Positions 1-11,233 of a stretch of DNA of 64,000 nucleotides are shown here, piece by piece (position 1 is the first letter of the stretch; each line of letters opens with the position of its first letter). Location of the stretch: contig NIVC01001636.1 of NCBI GenBank assembly GCA_002269645.1, positions 5,898-69,897 on the forward strand. The letters run 5' to 3'. Origin of the DNA: Macrostomum lignano. Its lineage: Eukaryota. The position numbers were made by a program, and so were the translations under genes. Below the pieces are notes generated by a model. That model saw only the letters and a list, made by a program, of their open reading frames with translations. It was not told the DNA's origin and did not search any database.

Positions 1-1076
1 GCGGTGACATTGAGTTGTAGATGCTTTTTTGAATCGCTTATAGCCTGAGGAGGTTTCATGATAATGTTTTTGTTGAAAGCTTACTGAATCATAATTAGTT
101 TCATCTAACAAAAAGAACTTTGAGCACATAGTTTAACTTCGATTTTTAACCTCGTGATGGCTATCATTGACCGAAAGCTGTCAATATACTGACGTAGTAC
201 TGATTGAAATGTTTTTCGTCTCCACGACGAAAACAGTAGGGACTACTTTGTAGTAAGTTTAATGGAAATTTTAGTGGTATGTATATCGTTTCATAAATAA
301 TAATTAGCCTCTTTATAATCAATTAACTAACTAATCTGTTTAACGACGGCAAAAATATTTACTTAATTTTTATAAACAAAGCGTAGTTTGGATTGAAGTA
401 GTTGGTGTTTCATAATATAATATATATTTGAACCCAATTTAATAGAATCGATCACCTTTTTTACCGGACTGCTAAGCACTGGTGAATTTGATGAATTCAA
501 CTACAAGTATTTAATAGAGGTTTCACTGTTCCAGATTTCGTCTAGGCCTATAGAGGGAAAATACGTTTTATGACTGATGCCTAGTTTAAACAAAATAGTC
601 CTGCGTTTGATTGTTACATTATTATTCTTTTAAAGATTTTCCTATTTTGCCTATTTTAATATTAAAATTTTATAGTATTTAAAGCTTTATGAGGAAAATT
701 TTATAAACGACAATATTTCTGAAGCAACCAATGGTAGACTGCTTTTGTTAAACTATACGTAACACAAATCACCAATAACTATAGCAGATATAGTATTCAG
801 TCGTTTATGATGAAATCCCGGTCTTATTCAGTGCAATCTAATTCTTTACATGTGCAGTTATTGCATTACACGCAGTATCAAGATGGATTGGTCCTACCTC
901 TGTGATTGGTTTAGATTCCCCATGGCCTCGATAGACCAATAGAAATTCGTTTGGATTTCGTATAAGACGCATATATTAAAGCATTGTTGCATTCACTCAG
1001 GGAACTAAGGAATCACTATAACTACTAGGAAAATCCAGCAAAACGTACTTGAAGTAACACGCGAACAAGAAGACTA

Positions 1077-2168
1077 ATGTCTCCAATAAATTCATTAAAC
1101 ACACTGTTCCTGAGCTGTATCGTTTCGCTTCTGCTGCTGTCAAGCGTCTCATGCAGAGAGGTGAGAACAGTTAGTGTTGGCTGCTACCGTGACGGCAGAA
1201 CTCGAGACTTGCGAGGCTTGCATGGTGTGACCAAGCTGCTTGGCTTTAGTGTGCATTCCACTGCTCACACGGTCATTAGTTCTGGCATGACCTACCAGCT
1301 CTGTGCTCGGGTGTGTTCGCAAGGCGGCTTCGCCTACATGGGACTGCAGTACAGTTCCGAGTGCTACTGCGGCAACTCTTACGGAGCTCACGGCCGAGCG
1401 CCCGACAGCGACTGCAATCGACCGTGCCGCGGAAATTCGACGCAAATCTGCGGCGGTTCAAGCAGGAATTCCGTGTTCGAGCTTAAGTACACGTGTGAGC
1501 ATTCGCCACGCAGGAGGCCTTAGCCTAGCGGCATAGCGCTGATCTCTTATGTGCCAGCAGCCCAGGCTCGATTCTAAGTGCAGTCACATTAATTTTGAGC
1601 AAAATTGGAATATCAGCTTGGGTCTGAACGTTAAATTAACACCCTTGAGGGTCAACCTCAAAGACACTGGGAAGTGTACATGCCTAACGATAAATACAGT
1701 TAGGGCCGCTGTGTGTGTGTGCCCGTGCGTATGACTGCGTACGTATCCACGCGCTTGTGGGCCTGCTCAGAGAAGTCGGTGGAATGGGCAGTAAAATGTT
1801 TTTTGCCGATTGTGTGACTATGTCGCTTAAAGTGCGCCAGGGTGCACGCAGCCCCCTGCCCCTAGAATAGCTTTGATACGGATATTACTTCCTTCAATAA
1901 CATCGATCACTTCGACCAAAATTCAATTGCAACTTCAGATCCAAACCGATTCACAGCAGCAGACAAAGCCTACTTCACAGTGAGCCCTTCGAAAACGGTC
2001 CACCAAAGCGTCAGCGCCAGCAGACTGACTGAATGCCTGTACAGGTGCGACAACGACTGTCAGGCAGCGCTTTTTATTTCCGAGCAGCAGCTCTGCCATC
2101 TATTAAAGTTCACTCTGATACCCCAGACTCTCAGCACAGCAGCTGGGGTTTTTCTCACACTGGCCTGA
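1077..2168 (+). CDS. Secreted WSC + PAN/apple-like domain protein, copy 1 (2 exons: 1077-1494, 1939-2168; ~215 aa)
   Basis: Exon 1: hydrophobic signal peptide then WSC pattern GCYRD...MTYQLCARVC..GGFAYMGLQYSSECYCGNSY...CNRPCRGNSTQICGG..RNSVF. Donor GTGAGC at 1495 (phase 1) and acceptor CTTCAG ending 1938 join in frame to NRFT...ECLYRCDNDCQAALF...LCHLLKF, a PAN-like C-x3-C-x3-C...C pattern, with stop at 2166-2168. Confidence 0.88.
1530..1745 (+). mobile_element. SINE-family body in the intron of WSC-PAN copy 1
   Basis: Shares GTGTACATGCCT...AGGGCCGCTGT...GTGTG..TATGA with 40100-40340 and 59318-59400. Boundaries approximate. Confidence 0.5.
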
Positions 2169-2589
2169 CAAACGGCAAGCAATGGATAGTGGAGCCTCAA
2201 ACTGATGAAATGCAAATTTGCAGTCTTGAAAACCCCCGAGCCCACTTTTTGGAATAGTTAAACAGCTTTTTACTTTAACATATCCTCTTACCGTTGTTTC
2301 AGTAACGAACGCTTTTTTTCTTTACTGGCTGTGTTTGCTCTGCCTTGGAATGTTTATTCCCACGGATGAGCTCAAGCCTCAAGAAGGTTTTGTTAAACGT
2401 GCTGAATGAAAGTTTTTCGACTGATATGTCGGGTAATAAAACTATTGAGTATGCCAATCAAGATCTATTTTTTTAGAGGCTTTGAATATTTGAGCTTTGA
2501 ATATTAAAGTGGCTAAAAACTGAACCGTATGTCGAAGTTGCTTCTTTCTATTTTTTCCTAAACTCTGTCACTCTCCAATGGTTCCACGG

Positions 2590-2890
2590 GGATGCGAACC
2601 CCGGTCCGCAAAGCCTCTCTATCCGCCCCCCGGGTATCGTTTGAAACTTCACAATAGCAATCCGGCGGGCTCAAGGTTTGTGTCTTCTACGCGCTCTCTT
2701 TATTCCTCTTTTCTCTCCTCTCTAATCTATCCTCTGTTCTCATCTCTCAGTTTTCTCATTTTCTCCCATCTCTTCTCTCTTCCCTCCTCTATCCTGTAAT
2801 CTCTTCTTCTCTATTCTATCATCTTTCCTCTTATCTTCTTCTATCTTTCCTCTATTGACTCTCCTGTTCCATCTTCTCTGACCCGAAGTC
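2590..2890 (+). mobile_element. Partial copy of an hAT-like MITE family with an internal polypyrimidine/polypurine tract
   Basis: CCGCAAAGCCTCT.TATCCG...CACAATAG.AAT.CGG is the reverse complement of 53690-53760; related pieces at ~5945-6140 and ~51125-51380. Confidence 0.5.
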
Positions 2891-3114
2891 ATAAGTTCTT
2901 GTATATTATTTATTTGGAACTTATGGGTCTAGCATTCGAAGGGTTCCACCTTATTTTACCTTCATTCATGCAGTAGTAAGTGCCAATGCTATTAGTACGA
3001 TAATTTGATCTGATTTGCCTTCTCTCTTTTTCTGATGCCAAGAATCCATCCTTATACTCGGATTTAGGTTTAACTAGTCGATAATACTTGGATTGCAATG
3101 CCAAAATTTAAAAA

Positions 3115-3323
3115 TCCTGAGTCCTGCCGCCTCACCGCTCCTGAGTCATGCCGCCTCACCGCTCCTGAGTCATGCCGCCTCACCGCTCCTGAGTCATGCC
3201 GCCTCACCGCTCCTGAGTCATGCCGCCACACCGCTCCTGAGTCATGCCGCCTCACCGCTCCTGAGTCATGCCGCCACACCGCTCCTGAGTCATGCCGCCT
3301 CACCGCTCCTGAGTCATGCCGCC
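3115..3323. repeat. 24-bp minisatellite (~8.7 copies) derived from WSC exon sequence
   Basis: Unit TCCTGAGTCATGCCGCC(T/A)CACCGC. On the minus strand it is GGCGGCATGACTCAGGAGCGGTG(A/T), matching the G-G-M-T-Q-E-R-C codons of the intact paralog at ~40890-40915. Confidence 0.93.
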
Positions 3324-3580
3324 AGTCAAAGCGCGAGCACTGGACGAACCAACAAATTGATGGCCTTGAGAAGTCAGAATGTCCTTCATTCCTGTGAGGT
3401 CGTGATTCTCGCCAGAATTCTCAAAGCAGCCGATGTAGTTGGTGCGAAACAGCCTGGCCTCTGCCGAAATCAGACTCAGCTGGCAGAGGTACCAGAAGTT
3501 CAACACGATTTCGATATATTAATCAGAGCTTTCGACAGAGTTCTGGTGAATTCTAGGAATCTCAGGTAAGCTGCGCGCTG
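3324..3580 (-). pseudogene. WSC-PAN pseudogene, 5' half (paralog of the 40689 gene)
   Basis: LNFWYLCQLSLISAEARLFRTNYIGCFENSGENHDLTGMKDILTSQGHQFVGSSSARALTGGMTQER is nearly identical to the 40689 gene. The start codon reads ATT, and the frame ends at TGA in the first minisatellite unit. Confidence 0.85.
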
Positions 3581-3879
3581 TCGTATACATGTAGACAATG
3601 GACGGATTTCCATCATTCCATTTCATCTAAAATAGTTCTGAAACTTTTTTCAAGAAGCCAGATACGAGATCGTAATAGCTTCGTACATCACCGGATCGAG
3701 TTAAAATTAAATACACCATTTGAGAGTGTAGAGTCCTTGTACTTTAGCTGACTTTGACAAGACCCAAAAGCGTATGAACTTGACAGGAATAGATTTGATA
3801 GAATTAGAAAAATAGCCCGAAATTTTGAACTCGTGTATTTTAAATATTCGTATCAAGCATCATGCTTCATCTAATGAAT

Positions 3880-4127
3880 TCTTCACTGCAGAAAATATTA
3901 ACAAAAATTTTGTTTGGATAAATTTTTGTTAATGTCAAAGTTGCTTCCAAGCCGATTGAAGGCTCGATTTTGCCTGCTGCAGCAGCGGCATCTCCCATGC
4001 CATCACGCTGGTGCTGTGACAGAACCAGCATCTCGAACTCCTTCAGCGAATAGGAGAGACCAAAGTAGAGCCACCAAATAATTCTTACTGCAGAACCTGC
4101 AAGCAGTAGATACGTCTTTGTACTCTT
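3880..4127 (-). pseudogene. Fibrinogen-related domain (FReD) gene, 3' end plus 3' UTR fragment
   Basis: ...IIWWLYFGLSYSLKEFEMLVL, followed by sequence alignable to the 3' UTRs at 4890-5000, 38190-38340 and 39050-39200. Confidence 0.7.
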
Positions 4128-4887
4128 GAGGCTCAGTGGACTTTTACCGCAACTGGACTCAGTACCAGAGCGAGTTCGGCGAGGGACCCGACGGAAACTA
4201 CTGGATCGGTGAGTGCATCCCAGATCTGCTCCATTCGCTTCCTTTTCCAACTCGGACTTCAACGACAAACAACTCACTGCTTCTGGTCCTCGGAAGCTGA
4301 GGATCCTGATGAAGTCGTGGAACGACTCTGAGCACTGGGCTGAGAACTCCAGCTTCTCCCGTGGGTCCCGAGTCGGACAACTACCGGCTGAGTGTGTCCG
4401 ACTTCTCAGGCAGCGCCGGCATCGGCGACAGCCTCGCAAATTACAACGGCATGCAGTTCATGCAGGGACCGCGCAGGCGTGGCCAGGGACGATCAGCCCG
4501 CTACGTCGACCGCCTTTTTGAAGATGCGCGAGCACCCAGCCAGGTGGCCGGTGTGAAGTCACATTAGAGACCTAGCTCTGAAACGCGCGATTTGACGCTC
4601 CCCCCTTTTGGCCACTTCTGTGGCTGTCGTGGGGCGTAACTATTATTATTATTATTATTATTATTACTATGCAGTTCAGCACGTGGGACGCCGATAACGA
4701 CGGCGCCCCTGGCAACTGCGCAAGCGGGAATCGAGGTGCGTTCTGGTTCAACAACTGCTTCTACGCCCATCCGAACGGAGAGAACAAAGACGCATCTAAT
4801 GCCCTTGGAGGTGGTGGAATTATTTGGTACCCACTACATTTTTCCACTCCTGCTCGCTGAAGGAGTTCGAGATGGTTGGTTCTATAA
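4128..4887 (+). pseudogene. Fibrinogen-related domain (FReD) pseudogene interrupted by a LINE fragment
   Basis: [26 protein letters not shown] with donor GTGAGT at ~4208; then [95 protein letters not shown]...SLKEFEM. These are hallmark FBG-domain motifs; frameshifts are present. Confidence 0.85.
4461..4668 (+). mobile_element. 5'-truncated non-LTR retrotransposon (RTE-like) 3' end with (TAT)8 tail
   Basis: 10-bp TSD ATGCAGTTCA at 4451-4460 and 4669-4678. The insert encodes GPRRRGQGRSARYVDRLFEDAR (like an RTE ORF C-terminus) and ends in (TAT)8TAC. Removing it restores NGMQFSTWDADND. Confidence 0.82.
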
Positions 4888-5339
4888 CAGCACCAGTGTG
4901 ATGGCATGGAAGATGCTGCTGCCGCAAAAGGTAAAATCGAGCGATCAATTGGCTTGGAAGCAACTTTGACATTACCGAAAAATTATCTTATCTGAAGACA
5001 GCTGTTAGATGAAGCGCTCAGTACTAATATTGAAAATACACGAGTTAAAAACTTCTATTGATTTAAAGATTTAATTTTTTAAAATTCCTTCAAACCCATT
5101 TATGCCTTCTTAACCCGCTGTAAAGTCCCATTCTGGACAGCTAAAGTACAAGGATTCTGCAATCTCATTTCTCGGTATTTTCGACTTTTAAGTTTGTAAC
5201 CCCAAAAGTGCCGTTTTTCAATTAACAGGTAAAAAGTACTCCACTTCGCTCGAATTTTCTTCTAAGGCACTTTCTGGCTCAGTCCTTCCACAACTCTTGG
5301 AAGATTGAGGCAATTAGTTTTATGCTCTTACTAATTGAA

Positions 5340-6760
5340 GCCTAATTAATTAAGCCTAATTGAGAATCCTTCATCGCCGGTAAGTCATGGTGAAGTCGAG
5401 AGATTGTACCATGGAAACTGACAAATGTACTTATAAATTTCAAATAAATTTCTATGACGCAAGAACTGTAATAATACATGTACTCAAACTGTATCCACAA
5501 CGAGGAATATTTGCAATCAACGAAAATCCTCCTTACCATATGCACACAGCATCTTTCTGTTGACTGTGTCAGCATTATAATGCCGTTCGTTTGTCGATAA
5601 CTTAACGAAAAGGGAATGAAACCGTGAGTGCTTGAAGCGTGAGGATTCATTAAAACTCGCAATTGCTAGGCGTCCTACTTTTACTTTTACTTTTGCGAGC
5701 TCTGCTAACCATAAAAAATCTAAGAAAGCATTCGAGACAAACCTCTCAAGAGCGCCTACCGCACAGAATGCGAATTAAAATTTGGCTCTCGAGACCTCGT
5801 CATTGCGTTTGCTGAAATGGCAAAAGGCGTCTAGACAAGAAAAGGCAAAAAAAATCTCTTTTATATTACTACTCTAGAAAATTCATGTATGACAAGTTTT
5901 TACTTTTTGATAGAGAAGATTCGATCTTTTCTTCGGGTACCTCACTGCTGCGGACTAGATGGAAGAGCGATGGAGAGGGAGTGAGAAAGAGATGACAGAT
6001 GACAGAAGAGAGGAGAGGTGAGAGGAGGAGAAAGGAATTAAGAGATGAAAGCAGAGAAGAAAGAAGAGTGTCGGAGAGACTTGGGGGCTTGGAGACTTGC
6101 GTAGAGACTTAAGCGGACCGGATTGCTATTGAGAAGCCTAATAAAACCTTTGGAAAAGCCATTTTGACTAGATTCAAATAGAAATCGTTAACAACCGCAG
6201 GCACCGAATCAGTAATTAACTGTGTGTTAATGCTAAGTCTAGATAACGAATGAAAAAGATATTCATACTCCACACGAAGACACGCGCCGGACCGACGCGA
6301 AAATGCTCACCAAAAACTATTTGAATCGGTTGAATCTTGAATGCTAAAAATAGATAAGCAAAGCGTATGATCATTGTATTGCAACTAACAATCAGAAATC
6401 AAACAACCCTTGATTCAATCGGTATTCAGGGGTATTCAGTCGAAAAAAACAACCCTGAATACTCACTAGTCAAAATTTAATGTTCAAGTTAAAATTTTCT
6501 CAGAAATTTGTTATACTGCTAACTATTTTTCCTGTTTCTATACTGAAAACTGACGAAATTCGATGTCTCATGGCAGCAAAAATTTGGGTAGCTTCTACTC
6601 AGCTATTCTATGCAAGGATTGTTATAAGTTACTGTTCAATTAGGACGTAACAATTGTAAATATTGATCCCAATGTCTTCAAAGACTCGCTTTTTACGTGT
6701 ATTCAGAAATGTTTGTCTTCATTGCTTTTCAATGCTTTCGACTGCACAATATATTGCGTA
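5340..6760 (+). repeat. Dispersed duplication, copy A (copy B at ~50460-51570)
   Basis: Collinear shared blocks such as CATATGCACACAGCATCTTTCTGTTGACTGTGTCA, GGAATGAAACCGTGAGTGC and AAATATTGATCCCAATGTCTT. Confidence 0.8.
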
Positions 6761-7162
6761 TTGAATATTGATATACTGCTCCGGGGCCGGGAGCCAATCC
6801 ATACCGTGTAATTTCCAGCTCTTCTATAGTATTCTCTCTTCTTAGCTTAGCTTATCCGCAGGGTGTCCGGGAGCGGAACTGCGAGTAGACGATGGCCGTC
6901 CATATCGCAAAACTCTGACAACCAGACGGCCTCCCGTTGGAGGGGTGTTGGAGGGGTTCCTGCAGATTCACCAGCATTGAGCCGGTGAGTCACGTGCCCT
7001 GGGAAAACTCAGCTCTTCCAGTCGCACGAATAAAACGGGAGAGCTGGGGGGGGGGGTATTCTCAGGCCTACACGCCTCCTCAAGGGTAAGGGTCGGCCCG
7101 AGAAGAGGCAGGTCTCTGCGTCCACGTGGCCCTGAGGTAGCGGTGCCGGGTGAAGCAGCCGT

Positions 7163-7454
7163 CACTAGAAAGCCATAATTGCGATAATTGCGGGAAAATT
7201 GCCCGATCAAAACACGATAATCGTGCAATTATCGTGTGTCCGATTGTAAAATCGGCATAATTGCAATCTAATTGCGTTAACTGTGAGAATTGCAATTAGC
7301 ATTGACAATGAAATTGCAATTATTGCAATCCAAAATTGAAAGCAAAGAAATTGTAATTGTGGCAGTTATCCGCAATCGGATTTCAATTTTCGCAATTTGC
7401 GGAATCGAATTGCAATTATGATATGTTTGTTTCGCGAAATTTGGGTGTCTAGTG
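7163..7454. mobile_element. CACTA/CMC-like MITE (292 bp)
   Basis: Imperfect TIRs CACTAGAAAGCCCATAATT / AATTTGGGTGTCTAGTG, flanking GT dinucleotide duplicated, interior rich in TTGCAA and CAATTG palindromes. Confidence 0.55.
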
Positions 7455-8019
7455 GTGACCCAGAAGGGCCATGCAGACCGCTCTGATGTATTTCCTCATT
7501 CGGCCAATAACGAGACCAATAGTACCCATTTTATAGGAGAACAACATCCTTGAAGAAATGAATAAAGTCTTAATTGTATATTACCTCTCAAGGTAAAGTC
7601 AATCGATACGCGATCGGATCAATATGCAAGTATGATAACGAGCTATTGGCTATTTAGAACACCTATTTACTTCACTATCTATTCAAAACAAACAAATACT
7701 GCGATAAAAATAAAATGATAAAGTTAAAAAGTATGAGTGTAAAAAGTACACAATGCGTGTGAGCAAGAAAGCTTATAATAACGGAGCAACCGGTATCAAA
7801 GATACCCTAAAATGTACCGTGTCAATGAAGATGCCGTACGAAATGAAAATATCAGTGTTGCTTTTACCTTATAGAGTGCAAATACATAAGCGCGTAAACG
7901 TACTACAACAAATGTTGTTGTATTATCAAGGTAAAGGGATTGGAACCAGAAAAGAGCATTCCTATGCCAAAAGACGCAAAAATTGTGAATAAAAATATTT
8001 CCACACTTTTTCATAATAC

Positions 8020-8360
8020 TTACATTATCTCGCCTCTCCATCTCTCTCCTTGCCATATCTATCCTTCCCATCTCTCTTCTTCCCATCTCTCTTCTTTCCA
8101 TCTCTCTTCTTCCCATCTCTCTTTTTTCCATCTCTCTCCTTCCCATATCTCTTCCCATTTCCCTCTCTTCCATATTCGCCTCACTCCTCTCCTTCTCTCC
8201 CTCTCCCCCTCTCTCACCTCTCCATCTCTACCCTCTCCTTTTTTCCCTCTCGCTTTCTTCCATTTCCAAGTCTCCCCCTCTCCCCGCTTTCCCTCCTTCT
8301 CTCCTCCCCTCTCCCTCTCTCTCCGCTTTTTCTCTGCCTCTCTCCAAAAAGAGAGAGAAG
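8020..8360. repeat. Polypyrimidine low-complexity tract with ~15-bp CCATCTCTCTTCTTC repeats
   Basis: Direct inspection; accounts for the spurious ORFs at 7796-8389. Confidence 0.85.
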
Positions 8361-8929
8361 ATAAAGCATTCATGAATGTCCTGATGTGATTCTCACTTCT
8401 ACATGCTTTGACAAAGATAAATCCCCCGTCCTAATTCTCTCCCTCTCTCCTCTTTAGATCTCCACGCCTCTTCTAACATCTCTTTCCTCGTTTCATGGGT
8501 TAATTCCAAGGACTACTTAATAGTAGTACAATACCCTAATATAGTATACCCCAATATACAGTAGTATAATAGGGTATTGTTAATAGTATTTACTACTTAG
8601 TACTCCTTGGTTAATACCCATAATTTATTTAGCCAAAATATAACTTTTCCACAGGCTCATGATCAATTGACACATCAAGCAGACTATAAGGAAAGATCCG
8701 ATAACAGTGGAAAATTCAACTAACCACCTCGAAAAATACATAGATAACCAGTGATCTGAATAAATAGCTAATAAAAAAGACAACCAAAACATAAAATTAT
8801 GAAGACATTGCGACAAAAATAAACTACAGAAAGGTATAATCATAAAAAAGCATGGTCCCTAATATCAAAGACAAGTACACCTGTGTGAAGAACTCAAGTT
8901 CAGGTCTTAAGGGATTAAAATGATATTGG

Positions 8930-9196
8930 ATGTACATCAGTTCTATCACGTACACAGAAAATGGTTGGTGGCCATATGCACAGCCAATAGTTCCAGCACT
9001 GCAACTGTATGCTAAGTTTTTTTATAACACAGCCACTGTGCCTTGGGGGCCGGCCCTCATGGGTGTACTTTAGCACAAACGGCTCAAGTAGCTCCGATCG
9101 GTAACGCCCAAAATGAATGCGGCGCGACCGGGATTCGAACTCGAGACCGCTGGTACACGAAGCAGCTACGCTAACCGCTCGACCAACTTCACCCCC
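8930..9196 (-). mobile_element. tRNA-derived SINE
   Basis: Minus-strand head 9196..9121 has an A box (TGGTCGAGCGG) and B box (GTTCGAATCC) but an irregular anticodon arm and acceptor stem, followed by non-tRNA body. 3' boundary approximate. Confidence 0.6.
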
Positions 9197-10818
9197 TCTG
9201 TTTGTGCTAATGCCATTCTTTATGAACTTAGTAGCTTTATAAATTGATTGTTTACTACACTAGTTCATAACTTTTTCTTTGAAAGGATCAGAGTTATAAT
9301 TACCTGCTATGAGTAGAGAGTTCATGACCCTTTTCCAGAAGGTTCCGGGTTCGAAGTCAGACTGGGAGCGAATAATGTGTACCCAATGCAAGCAATCAAA
9401 TTCCCTCTGGCTTCTGCAGTCCACTTTGTTGAGAAATGATACAGGAATGCCGGACTTATACTTTTACAGATCAGCAAATGGGCTTTGTGGGCAGGGTCAG
9501 AGTCAGTGAAGGGGGGAGGGGCAGGGACGTCAACATTCTTCAAGGACGGAGTTTAAACCACTCGGGCTAACTCTTTATAAATGATCTCCATGGCTAAACA
9601 TACTACTATATCTTCATATTCATTAGTGGAAAGCTCTACTTGACTATACATGCACAGAAAAAGCAAACTAAGAGTACAAAAAGGACACTAAAAATCTGGT
9701 CCATGGTCCATACACTGGTCCATGTATCAATCGTGCCAATTTGTCATGGGTAGAGGGGTAAAAGTACGAGTACAGTCAGGGTAAAAATATAGTATAGAAA
9801 AAAAGTAACAAAGCAACGCAGGGGCAGTGGTTGGTGGTCACCCCCCATCCCAGCGATCATAGGAACCACCCCAGGAATGACACTCTGAGGCAGTATTAAT
9901 GTGATTTTTGAACAGGGTGTAGGAATGTAGAGAGAAACGGGTGTGGCAGGCAGCGGAATGTACATGAACATGTAAGTAACATGTTGTATGGAGTGGTGAA
10001 ATTATTACAGGATTTTATTAGTAATTCACAAAAAGTATGTAGAAAAAGGGTTAAAATTTTAACAATGTCGAAAAAATCAATAGAAGCATACTTAAATAGG
10101 ATTTCACCTCTTTGGGGGGTGATGGGGTGGTCACCCGAGGGCAGTAGCCCCCTCTGCCCCCTGCGCCGCCACTGATAAACACGTAAAAGCTGTAACCGGG
10201 CATTTGTCAGGTCACTGTAAAAGACGAGCTCGCAAATCCTGCAGCGTCTCCAAGCACCGCTGCTCCTGAAGTTCGGGCTGAAAGAGACAAGGAAGCTTTG
10301 CTGTTAGTGAGAGAATTTGCGTGACAAATAACTATGCATATAGGTAGCTGGGTAGTAGCTTTTTTACTGTGCCCCTTTCAGAGTGCCCAATGACGGGGTA
10401 AACCTCCGTACGTTTTGTGCCCCTGAAGGCGGATGAAGAATTTTATCCTGGTCTATGGCACACGGGCACACGGCAAATAATAAGGGGCACAAAAAGGGAC
10501 CAATTAGGGGCCCAAAGTGGGAAAGGAGTCAAATGTAAAACTGGTCAAACGTGCAATACTCGTATATCGACCTAAGAAAATTTTGCACACACCTTGAAAA
10601 ATAGGGGCCCACAGCTTGGTCCCTTAATCGTCCCATACACTGTACCCCTTCCTAACTTTTTTTTCCAAAAAGGGATCTGTGAAAAATGAAAAAATATGCT
10701 CAGTTTTAATTTTTTGCTATCAAGATTGGGTACACGATCGCTTTTGGCCTTTCTTTATTCAAAGGGGCCCAAATCGGGGGCCCCTGAATACACTTTCGAC
10801 CCCTTCATTTGGTCACAT

Positions 10819-11221
<403 letters not shown>

Positions 11222-11233
11222 TTGCAGAGCAAG

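Noticed and set aside
3093-3569. Plus-strand ORFs with (LLSHAASP)n or (PESCRLTA)n repeats
   Set aside because: Antisense translations of the WSC-derived minisatellite and pseudogene.
6860-7160. GC-rich segments here and at 25700-25990 that might be LINE 5' UTRs or HDV-like ribozymes
   Set aside because: Could not build a convincing nested pseudoknot or a solid alignment by eye.
7796-8389. ORFs rich in E/R/K or S/L/P/F
   Set aside because: Artefacts of a purine/pyrimidine-skewed low-complexity tract; the same applies to 37194-37478, 51118-51476 and 53391-53804.
9121-9196. Possible tRNA gene
   Set aside because: A and B boxes are present, but the anticodon arm and acceptor stem do not pair properly and a SINE-like body follows.
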